From NCBI GenBank assembly GCA_035531115.1, contig DATKTP010000172.1, positions 18,965-82,964 of the forward strand: 64,000 nt of DNA, written 5' to 3'. Below, one piece after another: positions 21,063-32,707 of this stretch. The notes beneath the pieces were generated by a model. It was given only the letters and a program-made list of their open reading frames with translations, had not been told where the DNA came from and made no database searches. The position numbers and the translations under genes are program-made. This stretch comes from Candidatus Deferrimicrobium sp. (GTDB lineage: Archaea > Asgardarchaeota > Lokiarchaeia > Helarchaeales > HEL-GB-A). How positions within the stretch are numbered: position 1 is the stretch's first letter; every line of letters starts with the position of its first letter.

Positions 21063-21127
21063 GATGAGAAACAGGGTGGTCTCATCCGAAAGTTATCTCT
21101 GATCAAGCTGATTGGTGGAATGATGGC

Positions 21128-22333
21128 ATGAGCATAGACCCTGCAATCGCTGTTGCCCCTAACGGTGATATCCATGTAGTTTGGGAAGATACTTGTAGTG
21201 GTCCTTGGAGTGGTGATTGGGATATTTTCTATGCAAAATATTCTGCTGGGGCATGGTCAAACGCCACGGTGATTTCGGACAATGGGGCGTGGTGGAATAC
21301 AGGGAATAGTTATGAGCCTGCGATTGCAGTGGATGCCAGTGGCACCGTCCATGTTGTTTGGAAGGATGAAACCTCTACTCCATTCAGTAGCCCTACTGAT
21401 ACCGAAATCCTTTACATAAATTACACTGTTGCGACAGGGTGGTCCAATGCAACTGTGATTTCGGATAATGGCAATTGGTGGAATACAGGAAACTCGGAAA
21501 TGCCGCAGATCGCGGTGGATAGCACCGGAACCATTCATGTAGTCTGGGCAGACGAGACAGCTAGTATGTGGGGTGGTGATAAGGAAATAATGTATGTTAA
21601 TTGGACGAGTAATTCAGGGTGGTCTAACGCCACGATCGTGTCTGATAATGGAAACTGGTGGAATACTGGCGATTCTACATACCCTTCAATAGTGCTCTAT
21701 AATGATACTCTGCATCTTGTCTGGGTAGATGATACACCCGGGGAATGGACCGGCGGAAGTGAAGAGGAAATTATGTATGCTACCTATACATCTTCTCAAG
21801 GATGGTCAAATGCTACCGTGATTTCCGATGGTTATAACGGGGTTTGGTGGCGTGATGGATCACTTTTTGAACCCGCTATTGCTGTTGATAACCTTGGAGG
21901 GCTCCATGTAGCTTGGTCTGATAGAACCCACGCTGAATGGCTCACCATCCTCCCAAGAACGGAAACCGAAATTCTCTACGTGCATTATAATTCGACGATC
22001 GGGTGGTCCAATATCACATTGCTTTCGGATAATGGCAATTGGTGGAATACAGAATCTAGTTTGAGTCCTGCTATCGCTGCCTTCAATCCCGAGGCAATCT
22101 GTGTAATATGGACTGATTCAACCGATGGTTGGTGGGGTGAAGATACAGAAATTATGGGTGCCATCTTTGGAACTTTTGCTTTACAAACAGAAGGCGGAAT
22201 TCCTGGCTTCGATCTCACCTCTTGCTTATTTGCTCTCATTCTCCTCGGAACTGCTATTCTTTTCGTGCGTTTCTTAAAATATCGAACTTACAGAAAGTTC
22301 TCCCCTTCTCTTTTTTTTATATACGTATCATAG
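21128..22333 (+). CDS. repeat (beta-propeller-like) surface protein with PGF-CTERM anchor, apparently lacking signal peptide
   Basis: About 60-aa repeats WSNATVISDNGNWWNTGNS...PAIAVD...HVVW; C-terminal GGIPGF + TM + RFLKYRTYRK. Confidence 0.55.
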   Translation: MSIDPAIAVAPNGDIHVVWEDTCSGPWSGDWDIFYAKYSAGAWSNATVISDNGAWWNTGNSYEPAIAVDASGTVHVVWKDETSTPFSSPTDTEILYINYTVATGWSNATVISDNGNWWNTGNSEMPQIAVDSTGTIHVVWADETASMWGGDKEIMYVNWTSNSGWSNATIVSDNGNWWNTGDSTYPSIVLYNDTLHLVWVDDTPGEWTGGSEEEIMYATYTSSQGWSNATVISDGYNGVWWRDGSLFEPAIAVDNLGGLHVAWSDRTHAEWLTILPRTETEILYVHYNSTIGWSNITLLSDNGNWWNTESSLSPAIAAFNPEAICVIWTDSTDGWWGEDTEIMGAIFGTFALQTEGGIPGFDLTSCLFALILLGTAILFVRFLKYRTYRKFSPSLFFIYVS

Positions 22334-23243
22334 AGGCGTCCTGGAGTTTCAACGAAAAATACTCGGCAAAATACGGATAGATTTTCGGCGTCTCCTTGCA
22401 GAGCCTAATCATCATTTTAAAGGGGTTGGTTTGCACCTCTGTGGGAATGATTATTTGTAAGCGGGAGAGATACACCCGGAAATAGCCATGTAAGAACATT
22501 TCCCACAAGATTGTGCCATGATACACTTCTCTTTCCAAGTCCTTACAGGAATACGCATACGGTTTCTTATCATTCATTGAAATGGCTAAAAAATTCTCAT
22601 CAATTTTATAATCTTGCCCGAGAATATGTTTATATAACACTGCATCTATGTGTGTATTGACGATATCGTACAGTGGAGCCTTCTTCTGAAGTGATATTTC
22701 CAAGACCTTCTCTATCTGGGTTGCAAAAATCTCATCCACGCTCTCAAATAACTTGCGAAGGAACCCATAAGTGACTGAAATATAAGCCTCGTATTCTTTC
22801 ACTGTTAATTTCTGATCTTCGAAAAGCGGTACTCTTAATAAGTCGCCTAACCCTCTATACATCTGACTATTTTTCTGGATGATGTTAAAAAATAATTTCG
22901 ATGAGTAAAGAAAGGAGGCTGCATCTCTTTTTGATTGGTTCTCAAAAAAAGTCTCAAAATATTCATAATGGCTCCGCCACTCCTCCCTCAATTCTTGTAG
23001 TGGTGAGAAAAGGATTCCCGGTAAGATGAAGAAGGCATAAGCTAAATCCCCGAAAAAAGATCGAAAAAGGGTGCTGAAAAACACATTGCGCGCAATTTTC
23101 TTCACATTAAACGACTGAATTATCTTCGGGACTTCATCCCATTCCAACCAAATAAATTCATCCATGAGTTGATTGAAGCTATTTTTATCCTCCCGCTCAT
23201 AGGCTTCCTTTAGTAACCCATAATAATCTTTTTCTTGTTCCAT
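22317..23243 (-). CDS. hypothetical protein
   Basis: 308 aa ORF, no motif recognised. Confidence 0.4.
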   Translation of the reverse strand: MEQEKDYYGLLKEAYEREDKNSFNQLMDEFIWLEWDEVPKIIQSFNVKKIARNVFFSTLFRSFFGDLAYAFFILPGILFSPLQELREEWRSHYEYFETFFENQSKRDAASFLYSSKLFFNIIQKNSQMYRGLGDLLRVPLFEDQKLTVKEYEAYISVTYGFLRKLFESVDEIFATQIEKVLEISLQKKAPLYDIVNTHIDAVLYKHILGQDYKIDENFLAISMNDKKPYAYSCKDLEREVYHGTILWEMFLHGYFRVYLSRLQIIIPTEVQTNPFKMMIRLCKETPKIYPYFAEYFSLKLQDASMIRI

Positions 23244-23729
23244 TAAAATATCCTCTAATCTCCTACTTTCTATCCCTAATTTTATTACCTTTTGATATAT
23301 TTATTTCTCTAAATAGGATGAAAAGAATACTCTCTTCCATTAAATTATAAATAATAAATTTTTAATGAAAAAAATACTCATTAGATTGTTGCTCCAAATT
23401 TATAGAAGATCCTCTCTGAACAATCAAAAAATAAACATAAAGATGTTTAAGATCCTTATATAGTAATAAATGTGAAATATCTTTATATAGAAACGAATGG
23501 TTAACTTAGATCAAACAAAATTTTTTATACTCTATAGAAATCAGTGACCGACAAGATAATTCCTCATAACATCAAAAAACACAAATAAATCATTTTAAAA
23601 ACAACAATTTTTGAAATATGGCTATAGAGTATTGAAGATCGAAAAATAAAAAATAAAAAGAAAAAAAATTAAAAAAAGTCAAATAAAAGTTGCAAATTAG
23701 AAAGGAAAAATAGACATGAAATAAAAAAT

Positions 23730-23736
23730 AAGGTGG
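23730..23736 (+). promoter_or_regulatory. Shine-Dalgarno-like AAGGTGG about 10 nt upstream of thermosome ATG
   Basis: Purine-rich GGTGG precedes ATG at 23746. Confidence 0.35.
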
Positions 23737-23745
23737 AAAAAAAAG

Positions 23746-25416
23746 ATGGCACAATTAAGTGGAACCCCAGTTCTTATTTTAAGAGAAGGAACAGAACGGT
23801 CTCGTGGAAAGGATGCACAACGGAACAATATTTCAGCAGCGAAAATTATTTCAGAGGCAGTGCGAACAACGCTCGGTCCGAGAGGGATGGATAAAATGTT
23901 AGTTGACAGTCTAGGCGATGTAACCATTACGAACGATGGCGCTACCATTTTAAAGGAAATCGATGTCCAGCACCCTGCCGCAAAATTAATGGTCGAAATT
24001 GCGAAGACGCAAGACCAAGAAGTCGGTGATGGTACGACATCTGCAGTTGTGCTCGCCGGCGAACTGCTCAAGAACGCCGAGGAATTACTGGAATCTAAGA
24101 TTCATCCAACAACCATCGCGGCGGGTTTTAAGAAAGCAGCCGCGAAGGCGAGGGACATTCTAACTAGTATGGCCATAGAGGTCGATATCAACAGCAATGA
24201 TATCAATAAGGCTGTGATGACAAGCTTGAATAGCAAGGCAATCCGCGGATTCAAAGAGAAATTCGCCAAAATTGCGGTTAATGCAGTGCATGCCGTGAAA
24301 GAAAAGCGCGCTGGTAAATGGTTCGTCGATCTCGATCAGATCCAGATTCAGAAAAAGCGGGGCAAGAGTCTCGCGGAAACTGAAATGATTGACGGAATCG
24401 TGATTGATAAGGAAATTGTCCATACCGACATGCCCAAGAGTTTAAAGAATGCAAAAGTCGCGTTACTCGATTTGGCATTGGAAATCAAGAAAACCGAGTT
24501 CGATTCTGAAATCAGGATCACGGATCCAACGCAGATTCAAGCATTCCTTGATGAAGAGGCACGAATGGTGAAAGCCTTTGTTGATAAACTCAAAGAGGTC
24601 GGTGCGACGATGGTTTTTTGCCAGAAAGGAATCGATGACGATGCGCAGCATTTCTTAGCTGTAAATGGAATGAGTGCGGCCCGACGAGTCAAGAAATCGG
24701 ATATGGAGAAGCTCCAACGTTCAACCGGGGCAATCATAGTTATGAACATCAAAGATCTCTCACCCCAAGATTTAGGGACCGCTGAACTAATAGAAGAACG
24801 AAAAATTGGCGATGATAAAGTAATATATATTACAGGTGCAAAACAATTGAAATCGGTGAGTATTGTGATTCGTGGAGGCGTAGAACATGTCGTTGATGAA
24901 GCAGAACGAGGAATTCATGATGCACTCTGCGTAGCGAAAGATATCATTCAAGAAAATAAGATTGTAGGTGGCGGTGGAGCTAGCGAAGTTGAAGTTGCAA
25001 AACAACTGCGTGCTTATGCCGCACAAGTTGGCGGACGTGAGCAATTGGCAGTAGAAGCTTTTGCTGATGCTATTGAAATCATACCAAAAACTTTAAGCGA
25101 AAATGCTGGTCTGGATCCAATTGATATCCTCGTCAAACTTCGCGCGAAACACGAATCAGACGGAAAAAATATCGGCATTGACGTTTTTGATGGCGAAGTG
25201 AAAGACATGATCCAAGCAGGCATTACTGAACCTTTAGTGGTGAAGTTACAGGCAGTGAAAACCGCAGCTGAATCAGCGAGCATGATTATTAGAATTGATG
25301 ATGTAATAGCCGCTAGGGCATCCCCAGGTGGACCCCCAGGCGGTGGAATGCCACCAGGTATGGGCGGCATGCCACCAGGTATGGGTGGCATGGGAGGATA
25401 TCCCGGGATGATGTAA
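23746..25416 (+). CDS. thsA: thermosome subunit (group II chaperonin)
   Basis: [18 protein letters not shown], equatorial ATP-binding motifs GDGTTS; C-terminal [10 protein letters not shown] tail. Confidence 0.95.
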   Translation: MAQLSGTPVLILREGTERSRGKDAQRNNISAAKIISEAVRTTLGPRGMDKMLVDSLGDVTITNDGATILKEIDVQHPAAKLMVEIAKTQDQEVGDGTTSAVVLAGELLKNAEELLESKIHPTTIAAGFKKAAAKARDILTSMAIEVDINSNDINKAVMTSLNSKAIRGFKEKFAKIAVNAVHAVKEKRAGKWFVDLDQIQIQKKRGKSLAETEMIDGIVIDKEIVHTDMPKSLKNAKVALLDLALEIKKTEFDSEIRITDPTQIQAFLDEEARMVKAFVDKLKEVGATMVFCQKGIDDDAQHFLAVNGMSAARRVKKSDMEKLQRSTGAIIVMNIKDLSPQDLGTAELIEERKIGDDKVIYITGAKQLKSVSIVIRGGVEHVVDEAERGIHDALCVAKDIIQENKIVGGGGASEVEVAKQLRAYAAQVGGREQLAVEAFADAIEIIPKTLSENAGLDPIDILVKLRAKHESDGKNIGIDVFDGEVKDMIQAGITEPLVVKLQAVKTAAESASMIIRIDDVIAARASPGGPPGGGMPPGMGGMPPGMGGMGGYPGMM

Positions 25417-25423
25417 GGAGGTT

Positions 25424-27082
25424 ATGGAAAAAATGTCACAATTAACAGGAACCCCAGTTCTTATTTTAAGAGAAGGCGCAGAAAGATCGCGCGGGCGAGA
25501 TGCCCAATCGTCGAACATTATGGCAGCGAAAGTAATTGCTGAATCGGTTAGAACATCGCTCGGCCCAAAGGGCATGGATAAAATGCTTGTTGACTCCTTT
25601 GGAGACGTAACTATCACGAACGATGGTGCAACAATCCTCAAGGAAATGGATGTGCAACATCCTGCTGCAAAAATCTTGGTTGAAGTCGCAAAGACCCAAG
25701 ATGACGAAGTGGGAGATGGTACGACAACCGCCGTAATCCTCACAGGCGAACTCTTGAAAAATGCGGAAGAATTGATTAAAGAAAAAATTCATCCTACCAT
25801 TATTGTTGAGGGCTATGGGAAAGCGATGGAAAAAGCCATTGAAATCTTGGATTTACTGGCAAAGGACATTGGCGTTGATAATAGAGATATCCAGAAGAAA
25901 GCAGCTATAACTGCGATGTCAAGCAAAGTAGTCGGTGAATCTTCAACATTTCTTGCAGATATTGCTGTAAAAGCTATTAATACCATTAAAGAACAGAAAG
26001 AAGGCAAGTGGGAAGCCGATTTAGATAACATTAGTATCCAGAAGAAACAAGGTGAGAGTGTAGAAGATTCCTCTCTTATTACAGGACTCATTATCGACAA
26101 AGAAATCGTGCATTCAGGCATGCCAAAAAGCATTGAAAATGCTAAAATAGCTTTACTGGAAACTGCTTTAGAAATCGAAAAGACAGAATTCGATGCAAAG
26201 ATTTCAATTACGCAAGTTGATCAAATGCAAGCATTCCTTGCACAAGAAGAAACAATGCTTCGTAATATGGCCAATAAAATCAAAGAATCTGGCGCAACAG
26301 TTGTCTTATGTCAAAAGGGAATTGATGATCTCGTGCAACACTTCTTATCAAAGGCAGGAATTGCGGCAATCAGGCGGATTAAAAAATCGGATATCGAAAA
26401 ATTGTCGAAAGCTACTGGTGCAAGAATAATCACCAACATCGACAAATTAGCTGCAAGTGATTTAGGTGCGGCTGGTTTAATCGAAGAACGGCGAATTGGG
26501 AATGATTTAATGGTTTTCGTTGAAAAATGCTCCGACCCCAAAGCAATTAGCATCCTCATTCGTGGAGGCACTCAGATGATCGTGGATGAAGCCGATCGGG
26601 CCTTGCATGATGCACTATGCATAGTACGGAATCTAATTAGTGAACCCAAAGCCGTCATTGGTGGAGGCGCACCTGAAATTGAAGTAGCAAAAGGTTTGCG
26701 GGCTTATGCAGAGACGCTATCCGGTCGAGAACAACTAGCGGTTCAAGTATTTGCCAAAGCAGTCGAAAGTATCCCACGAACATTAGCAGAGAATGCAGGT
26801 ATGGATCCAATTGATGCCCTCGTTGAACTTCGCTCGAAGCACGGAGCTGGCCAAACGACCGTTGGAGTCGATGTGATGGCTGGCAAAATTGGCGATTTGA
26901 AAGATAAGGCAATCTGGGAACCAGTAATAGTGAAGAAACAAGCAATTAAATCAGCAGCTGAAGCAGCCCAAATGATTCTACGCATTGATGACGTCATCTC
27001 CTCTTCAAAAGGTGGTGGCGGCGGTCCTCCTGGTGGTCCTGGTGGTCCAGGTGGTATGGGCGGCATGGGCGACGAAGATTAA
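25424..27082 (+). CDS. thsB: thermosome subunit, second paralogue
   Basis: Same motifs as thsA; 7-nt spacer with SD GGAGG; about 60% identical to upstream copy. Confidence 0.95.
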   Translation: MEKMSQLTGTPVLILREGAERSRGRDAQSSNIMAAKVIAESVRTSLGPKGMDKMLVDSFGDVTITNDGATILKEMDVQHPAAKILVEVAKTQDDEVGDGTTTAVILTGELLKNAEELIKEKIHPTIIVEGYGKAMEKAIEILDLLAKDIGVDNRDIQKKAAITAMSSKVVGESSTFLADIAVKAINTIKEQKEGKWEADLDNISIQKKQGESVEDSSLITGLIIDKEIVHSGMPKSIENAKIALLETALEIEKTEFDAKISITQVDQMQAFLAQEETMLRNMANKIKESGATVVLCQKGIDDLVQHFLSKAGIAAIRRIKKSDIEKLSKATGARIITNIDKLAASDLGAAGLIEERRIGNDLMVFVEKCSDPKAISILIRGGTQMIVDEADRALHDALCIVRNLISEPKAVIGGGAPEIEVAKGLRAYAETLSGREQLAVQVFAKAVESIPRTLAENAGMDPIDALVELRSKHGAGQTTVGVDVMAGKIGDLKDKAIWEPVIVKKQAIKSAAEAAQMILRIDDVISSSKGGGGGPPGGPGGPGGMGGMGDED

Positions 27083-27086
27083 ACTC

Positions 27087-27112
27087 CTCTCTTTTTTTCT
27101 TTTTTTTTTTTA
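27087..27112 (+). terminator. oligo-T tract after thsB
   Basis: ctctctttttttcttttttttttttaat immediately after stop. Confidence 0.4.
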
Positions 27113-27177
27113 ATAGTTGAAGATTTGTTCAGAAATAGTGGTTTGAAAAGGGTTAGCGAAGGTGGAATGAACTTCAT

Positions 27178-27900
27178 ATGAAGGAAGAGAAATCCTCTGA
27201 AGTGAAGAAGGAACCCGTAAAAAAGACCGAATCTACTGAATTTGAGGAAGTAGATGTTGGTTTAGAGGATAATATGAATTCAAGTTCACACATTGATAAT
27301 GAAGTTAATAAAACTGAAGTAAAACCTCCAATTCCCGAAGAATGGAAAGGGAAATCGGAGGAAGAAATTGCTCTTCTCTGGGAAATTCAAGATCTGAAGA
27401 AAAAGTTAGAAGATACGAAGAAAGACTGGTTTGATAAATATGCGCGACTCCAAGCAGAGTTTGAGAATTTCCAAAAACGAAACTTAAAAGAGAAGGAAAC
27501 CTTTACTACTTACGCGAATTCACAATTAATATCCAAGTTACTTCCGATATTGGATAGTTCTGAAATTATGTTAAAAAGTATAGAACCGAAACTCGAACCG
27601 AAGGAGTTTCAAGGAATTAAAATGATATTTAAAGAATTGTATGGGGTGTTTGAGAAAGAAGGCTTAACCCCTATCAAAGCGAAGGGAGAGGCTTTTGATC
27701 CCTTCGTTCATGAAATTCTTTGTGTAGAATGTACGGACGAGTGCCCTGATGAAACGATTCTTGAAGAATTTCAGAAGGGCTATAAGCTGAAAGATCGGGT
27801 ACTTCGTCCTTCAAAAGTAAAAATTGCAAAAAAGAAAATCCCTGAAGCGAAAAAAACAAATTCTGAATCAGAAGAAGAAAAAATAGTTGAAGATAATTAA
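27178..27900 (+). CDS. grpE: nucleotide exchange factor GrpE
   Basis: Acidic N-term, coiled-coil, C-terminal GrpE beta-domain pattern (FDPFVHEIL...). Confidence 0.8.
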   Translation: MKEEKSSEVKKEPVKKTESTEFEEVDVGLEDNMNSSSHIDNEVNKTEVKPPIPEEWKGKSEEEIALLWEIQDLKKKLEDTKKDWFDKYARLQAEFENFQKRNLKEKETFTTYANSQLISKLLPILDSSEIMLKSIEPKLEPKEFQGIKMIFKELYGVFEKEGLTPIKAKGEAFDPFVHEILCVECTDECPDETILEEFQKGYKLKDRVLRPSKVKIAKKKIPEAKKTNSESEEEKIVEDN

Positions 27901-27918
27901 TAAGAAAATAGAATAAAT

Positions 27919-29871
27919 TTGAGAGGTTTCAATAAAATGGCAAAAATAATTGGAATAGATTTAGGAACAAGTAATTCTGCAGCAGCAGTAATGATAGGTG
28001 GAAAACCTACTCTAATTCCGAGCGCAGAAGGTGTAAGCATTGCCGGAGGTAAAGCATTTCCTTCAGTAATTGCATTCACTAAGGATGGACAGCGTTTAAT
28101 CGGAGAACCAGCGCGTCGTCAAGCCGTTACTAATCCAGAGCGAACGATTACTAAGATAAAACGGAAAATGGGAACAGACTATAAAGTCAAAATCGATAAT
28201 ACAGACTATACCCCCCAAGATATATCGGCGATGTTACTCCGCAAGATTCGGGAAGATAGTGAAGCTTTCTTGGGTGAGCCTGTTAAACAAGCTGTAATAA
28301 CTACTCCTGCGTACTTCAACGATCGTCAGCGACAAGCGACTAAAGATGCAGGACAAATTGCAGGTTTGGAAGTGCTACGGATCATCAATGAACCAACCGC
28401 GGCTTCTTTAGCATATGGCCTCGATAAAGAAAAAAAGAACATAAAAATCGCGGTCTTGGATCTTGGTGGTGGAACCTTTGATGTGACCATGATGGAAATG
28501 GGTGAGGGTGTCTTCGAAGTCATTTCTACGAGCGGTGACACGCAATTGGGTGGCACTGATATGGATATTTTAATCGTCGATTTCCTTGTTGCTGAATTTC
28601 AACGAACGCAGGGCATTAACTTGAAAAATGACACAATGGCAATAGTGCGCTTAGCCGAAGCTGCTGAAAAAGCAAAAATTGAGCTTTCAACGACAGTAAA
28701 TTCCGAAATTAATCTCCCTTACTTAACTGCCGATTCAACTGGTCCTAAGCATATGACCTATACATTAACTCGAGCAAAACTTGAGGAACTAGTGGAATCA
28801 ATTCTTAATCGGTTAGATGGGCCAATCAAAGATGCGATAAAAGGTGCAAAATGGTCCCAAAATGAGATTGACAAGATTATATTAGTAGGTGGTCCGACCC
28901 GCATGCCATCCGTTCGTGAGCGATTCAAAAGAAATTTTGGAAAAGAACCTGAACGGGGAGTCGATCCAATGGAATGTGTTGCGATGGGTGCAGCAATCCA
29001 AGCTGGAGTTCTTGCAGGGGAAGTCAAAGATATTCTCCTACTTGATGTTACTCCATTGTCCTTGGGTGTAGAAACCTTAGGAAATGTTTTTACCAAATTA
29101 ATTGAACGCAATACCACCATTCCCACGAAAAAAAGTGAAATTTTCTCAACCGCATCAGATAATCAGCCCGCAGTTGAAATTCATGTCCTTCAAGGAGAGC
29201 GCCCACGGGCTTACGATAATATAACTTTAGGAAAATTCCATTTAGTTGGAATTCCTCCCGCACCTCGGGGCATTCCCCAGATTGAAGTATCCTTCGATAT
29301 TGATTCAAACGGGATAGTAAATGTTTCAGCGAAAGATTTAGGAACCGGTCGAGAACAAAAAATTACCATAACCGGAGGTTCCAAACTACCCGATGCGGAA
29401 ATTCAGAAGAAAATTAAAGAAGCAGAGCAGTTTTCAGAAGAGGATCGGAAATTCAAAGAAAAAGTTGAGATAAAAAATCAAGCTGATTCCCTTATCTATA
29501 ATACAGAGAAACTAATTAAAGAACAAGGGGAAAAAGTCGATGCTGTTTTGAAGGAAAATGTGCAAACTGAGATTGAAAAACTTAAGAAAGCTTTAGAATC
29601 AGATGATACCGTACAAATAAAGCAAGGGGTTGAAGATCTTACGCAAGCAATGCATAAGGTCGCGGAAAAGATTTATCAACAGCCCGGTGCTGGTCCATTT
29701 CCCGGTGGTGTCCCTCCTGGCGCAGGCCCCTTTCCCGGAGGAGTTCCTCCCGGTGGATATCCTGGCGAACCTGGTGCCCAAGGTTCTTCCAAACAAGCCC
29801 CTACAGATGAAAACGTTGTGGATGCCGATTATGAGATAGTTGACGAAGATGAGGATGAGAAAAAAGATTAA
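27919..29871 (+). CDS. dnaK: Hsp70 chaperone DnaK
   Basis: [29 protein letters not shown]; C-terminal [12 protein letters not shown] x2. Confidence 0.95.
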   Translation: MRGFNKMAKIIGIDLGTSNSAAAVMIGGKPTLIPSAEGVSIAGGKAFPSVIAFTKDGQRLIGEPARRQAVTNPERTITKIKRKMGTDYKVKIDNTDYTPQDISAMLLRKIREDSEAFLGEPVKQAVITTPAYFNDRQRQATKDAGQIAGLEVLRIINEPTAASLAYGLDKEKKNIKIAVLDLGGGTFDVTMMEMGEGVFEVISTSGDTQLGGTDMDILIVDFLVAEFQRTQGINLKNDTMAIVRLAEAAEKAKIELSTTVNSEINLPYLTADSTGPKHMTYTLTRAKLEELVESILNRLDGPIKDAIKGAKWSQNEIDKIILVGGPTRMPSVRERFKRNFGKEPERGVDPMECVAMGAAIQAGVLAGEVKDILLLDVTPLSLGVETLGNVFTKLIERNTTIPTKKSEIFSTASDNQPAVEIHVLQGERPRAYDNITLGKFHLVGIPPAPRGIPQIEVSFDIDSNGIVNVSAKDLGTGREQKITITGGSKLPDAEIQKKIKEAEQFSEEDRKFKEKVEIKNQADSLIYNTEKLIKEQGEKVDAVLKENVQTEIEKLKKALESDDTVQIKQGVEDLTQAMHKVAEKIYQQPGAGPFPGGVPPGAGPFPGGVPPGGYPGEPGAQGSSKQAPTDENVVDADYEIVDEDEDEKKD

Positions 29872-29907
29872 TTTTCCCGCTTCCTTTTTTTAGATGTGGT
29901 CTAACTA

Positions 29908-31020
29908 ATGTCAGAAGAAAAAAAACGCGACATCTATGAGATATTAGGCGTTTCGAAAAATGCAACGAAGGACGAAATCAAGAAGGCATTCCGTCAGCTT
30001 GCTTTAAAATATCACCCTGATAAGAACCCTGATAATCGAAAATGGGCTGAAGAAAAATTTAAAGAGGTCGCTGAAGCCTATGAAATACTTAATGATAACG
30101 AAAAACGACAATTATATGATCGATTTGGCTGGGATGGCGTAAGGCGTAGCGGATTCTCTGGCTTTAGCAATGTCGATATCAGTGATATTTTTAGCCATTT
30201 CGCTGATTTCTTAGGTGGTAGTGGTGGTGGATTCGGTGATATTTTTGGTGACCTTTTCGGATTCGGAGGTCATAGAGGTCGACAGCATGTAACACGGGGC
30301 GATGACATCCGCTATGATCTAGAACTCACCTTAGAGGACGCCTTTAAAGGAAAGAAAATCGAAATCGAAATACCAAAACATATATCATGTGAAGTATGTC
30401 GTGGGTCTGGCGCAGAATCCCCTTCTGATATAAGTAACTGCTCCGCTTGCGGTGGATCAGGGCAAAGTAAACAAATTCGCTCCACTCCTTTTGGTCAAAT
30501 GATCAATGTTACTACGTGTGGTAGGTGTCGCGGAAATGGAAAAATAATTACCAAAAAGTGTAAGGAGTGCAATGGCACTGGACGGATTCGAAAAGTGCGA
30601 AAAATTTCACTTGACCTACCACCGGGCATCGATACAGGAAACCGCATGCGTGTTTCAGGAGAAGGTGAAGCCGGTCAGCAAAATGCCCCCTCAGGCGATC
30701 TCTATATAATTATCCACATCAAACCCCATCCAATTTTTGAACGACACGAATCCCATCTCGTTTGTGAGCGCAAGATCACCTTTAGTCAAGCCGCGCTAGG
30801 AGATAAATTAGAAATTAATACGTTAGATAGTGCCACGAAATTAAGTATCCCTCCCGGAACCAAGAGTGGTACTATATTTCGCTTAAGAGGACAGGGAATG
30901 CCTGAATTCCGAGGGTACGGCCGGGGCGATTTATTATGTAAAGTAGATATTGAGGTTCCTAAAAGATTATCGAAAGAGCAAAAACAAATGGTTGAAAAAT
31001 TAAAAGAGCTTGGATTGTAA
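29908..31020 (+). CDS. dnaJ: Hsp40 co-chaperone DnaJ
   Basis: J-domain YHPDKN, G/F-rich linker, four CxxCxGxG zinc repeats. Confidence 0.9.
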   Translation: MSEEKKRDIYEILGVSKNATKDEIKKAFRQLALKYHPDKNPDNRKWAEEKFKEVAEAYEILNDNEKRQLYDRFGWDGVRRSGFSGFSNVDISDIFSHFADFLGGSGGGFGDIFGDLFGFGGHRGRQHVTRGDDIRYDLELTLEDAFKGKKIEIEIPKHISCEVCRGSGAESPSDISNCSACGGSGQSKQIRSTPFGQMINVTTCGRCRGNGKIITKKCKECNGTGRIRKVRKISLDLPPGIDTGNRMRVSGEGEAGQQNAPSGDLYIIIHIKPHPIFERHESHLVCERKITFSQAALGDKLEINTLDSATKLSIPPGTKSGTIFRLRGQGMPEFRGYGRGDLLCKVDIEVPKRLSKEQKQMVEKLKELGL

Positions 31021-31025
31021 TAACA

Positions 31026-32009
31026 TTGAATGAGGATTCCCTTCAAAAAGAAATATTAGACTCTTTAATTTCAGCTGGTTATAGCGTTCTTCCGATAGGA
31101 ACCGCAAAATCAGGAAGCTGGACTAAAAATTGTTTTGATATTGCTGCCAGAAAGCAATTTCTTTTAATGATAAAGGTCAATCCAAATATCGATATAATCG
31201 CTTCAAATCTTGTTGAGGAACTTAAACTAATCTCATATTTTTTTGAGGGAACTCCTCTTATTATCGGAAAAGAAACGCGAACCACTACCCCTCTTCGCGA
31301 TGATGTGGTCTATGAACGAAAAGGAATTCCTGCAGTAAATATAACCACATTCAAACGGTTAATCTTTAATAATCAGATTTTTACAATTAGCCAAAAGGGC
31401 GGCTTTTATGTTAAAGTAAATGGCGATAAAATTCGCAGCTTGCGGGTAGAAAAAGGTTATTCGCTTCAAGAAGTAGCCTCCCAAATAGGAGTTTCACGTA
31501 AAGCTGTTTATCTATTCGAAAAAATAGATCAAATAAAAGAAGAGAATGTAATTCAATTAGAAGAACTTTTTAAGGAATCGTTCAAGTTCCCTATAGACTT
31601 ATTTAATTGGGAGATCAAGCAAAAAGAGGTGCCAATACCCCAAGAAGAAACTGAATTCCAACTCGAAATTAAGGAAGATTTCGAAGATCTTGGTTGTGAT
31701 ATAAAATGGGTTAAAAAAGCACCCTTTGATGGGATCACTTCCCCTATTGAAGAAATCACTCCAAAACCCGAAGATACCTGTTTCATGACAGGTCTCAGCC
31801 TAATTCCGGGAAAAAGAATGAATGAACGTCTAAAGCTCATAAGTGACTTATCTAAAATGTTTCATAAACTCTCTATGTTCATTATTGACGATGATAAATT
31901 TCACCCCATTGATAATGTTCTAATTATCCAGAAACAAATCCTTGAAAAAATGGATGATATTAAAGATTTGTATACGGCATTGAAACGGGTTAGACGAATT
32001 TTTTATTAG
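31026..32009 (+). CDS. archaeal putative transcriptional regulator with XRE-type HTH (COG1395-like)
   Basis: Central LRVEKGYSLQEVASQIGVSRKAVYLFEK helix-turn-helix; TTG start 5 nt after dnaJ stop. Confidence 0.45.
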   Translation: MNEDSLQKEILDSLISAGYSVLPIGTAKSGSWTKNCFDIAARKQFLLMIKVNPNIDIIASNLVEELKLISYFFEGTPLIIGKETRTTTPLRDDVVYERKGIPAVNITTFKRLIFNNQIFTISQKGGFYVKVNGDKIRSLRVEKGYSLQEVASQIGVSRKAVYLFEKIDQIKEENVIQLEELFKESFKFPIDLFNWEIKQKEVPIPQEETEFQLEIKEDFEDLGCDIKWVKKAPFDGITSPIEEITPKPEDTCFMTGLSLIPGKRMNERLKLISDLSKMFHKLSMFIIDDDKFHPIDNVLIIQKQILEKMDDIKDLYTALKRVRRIFY

Positions 32010-32683
32010 TTCCCATTTAATTTTCTCTGCTTAATCCCTTCAAGCATTTTTTTTGCAGTTATCCATGATTTCCGAACAAAGTTTGGTAACTTTTTATGTT
32101 TCTTTACCCAGTCTTCTAAAAAAGCTCGTGTTCGCGGATCACTAGTATATCCGCTTCCAAAATCTACTTCTAATTTCTGTTGTAATTTCACAATTTCTTG
32201 ATCTCTAATGACTTTCGCAATGATGGATGCTGCACTAACAATGGGATAATTTTGATCAGCTTTATGTTCTGCTACAAGGCGTGAAATTTTGACGTTTAGA
32301 CCTTTTTTTAAGTAAGAACACCAAGATTCGATATTGGTACTGGGACAGTCAATATAAAGCTCATCAATCTTGATCGTATTGGTAATCAACTTAATTAATT
32401 CTACAGCTTTATCAGCTTCCAACCAGTTTAAATTGCTATTTCTGGCTTTTAGAGCAGCATCAATTTCTTCAGGAGAAATAATAATAACTTTGTAAGTGGT
32501 TAAAATCTTTTCTAATTGAATAAAAAGCTCACTACGTTGTTTAGGTGATAATTGTTTACTATCTTTTACTCCAATTTCTCTTAAGACTGACTCATTTTTA
32601 GAATCAACAGCGGTTATTGCCATCACCATAGGACCAATGACTGGTCCTCGACCTGCTTCTTCAATTCCTGCGATAATGGGCAT
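32006..32683 (-). CDS. rnhB: ribonuclease HII
   Basis: IAGIEEAGRGPVIGPMV, DSKQLSPKQRSELF. Confidence 0.9.
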   Translation of the reverse strand: MPIIAGIEEAGRGPVIGPMVMAITAVDSKNESVLREIGVKDSKQLSPKQRSELFIQLEKILTTYKVIIISPEEIDAALKARNSNLNWLEADKAVELIKLITNTIKIDELYIDCPSTNIESWCSYLKKGLNVKISRLVAEHKADQNYPIVSAASIIAKVIRDQEIVKLQQKLEVDFGSGYTSDPRTRAFLEDWVKKHKKLPNFVRKSWITAKKMLEGIKQRKLNGN

Positions 32684-32707
32684 TCTCTCGACCGCACACG
32701 ATTTAAC

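Noticed and set aside
21053-21127. Possible upstream start or stop-codon read-through for the PGF-CTERM repeat protein
   Set aside because: In-frame tandem TGA TGA and overlap with the divergent gene make an extension implausible. It is interpreted as a truncated 5' end instead.
25014-25391. 125-aa [17 protein letters not shown]... on the minus strand
   Set aside because: It is the reverse-complement reading of the thermosome [10 protein letters not shown] tail region. It lies antisense within a highly conserved CDS and is spurious.
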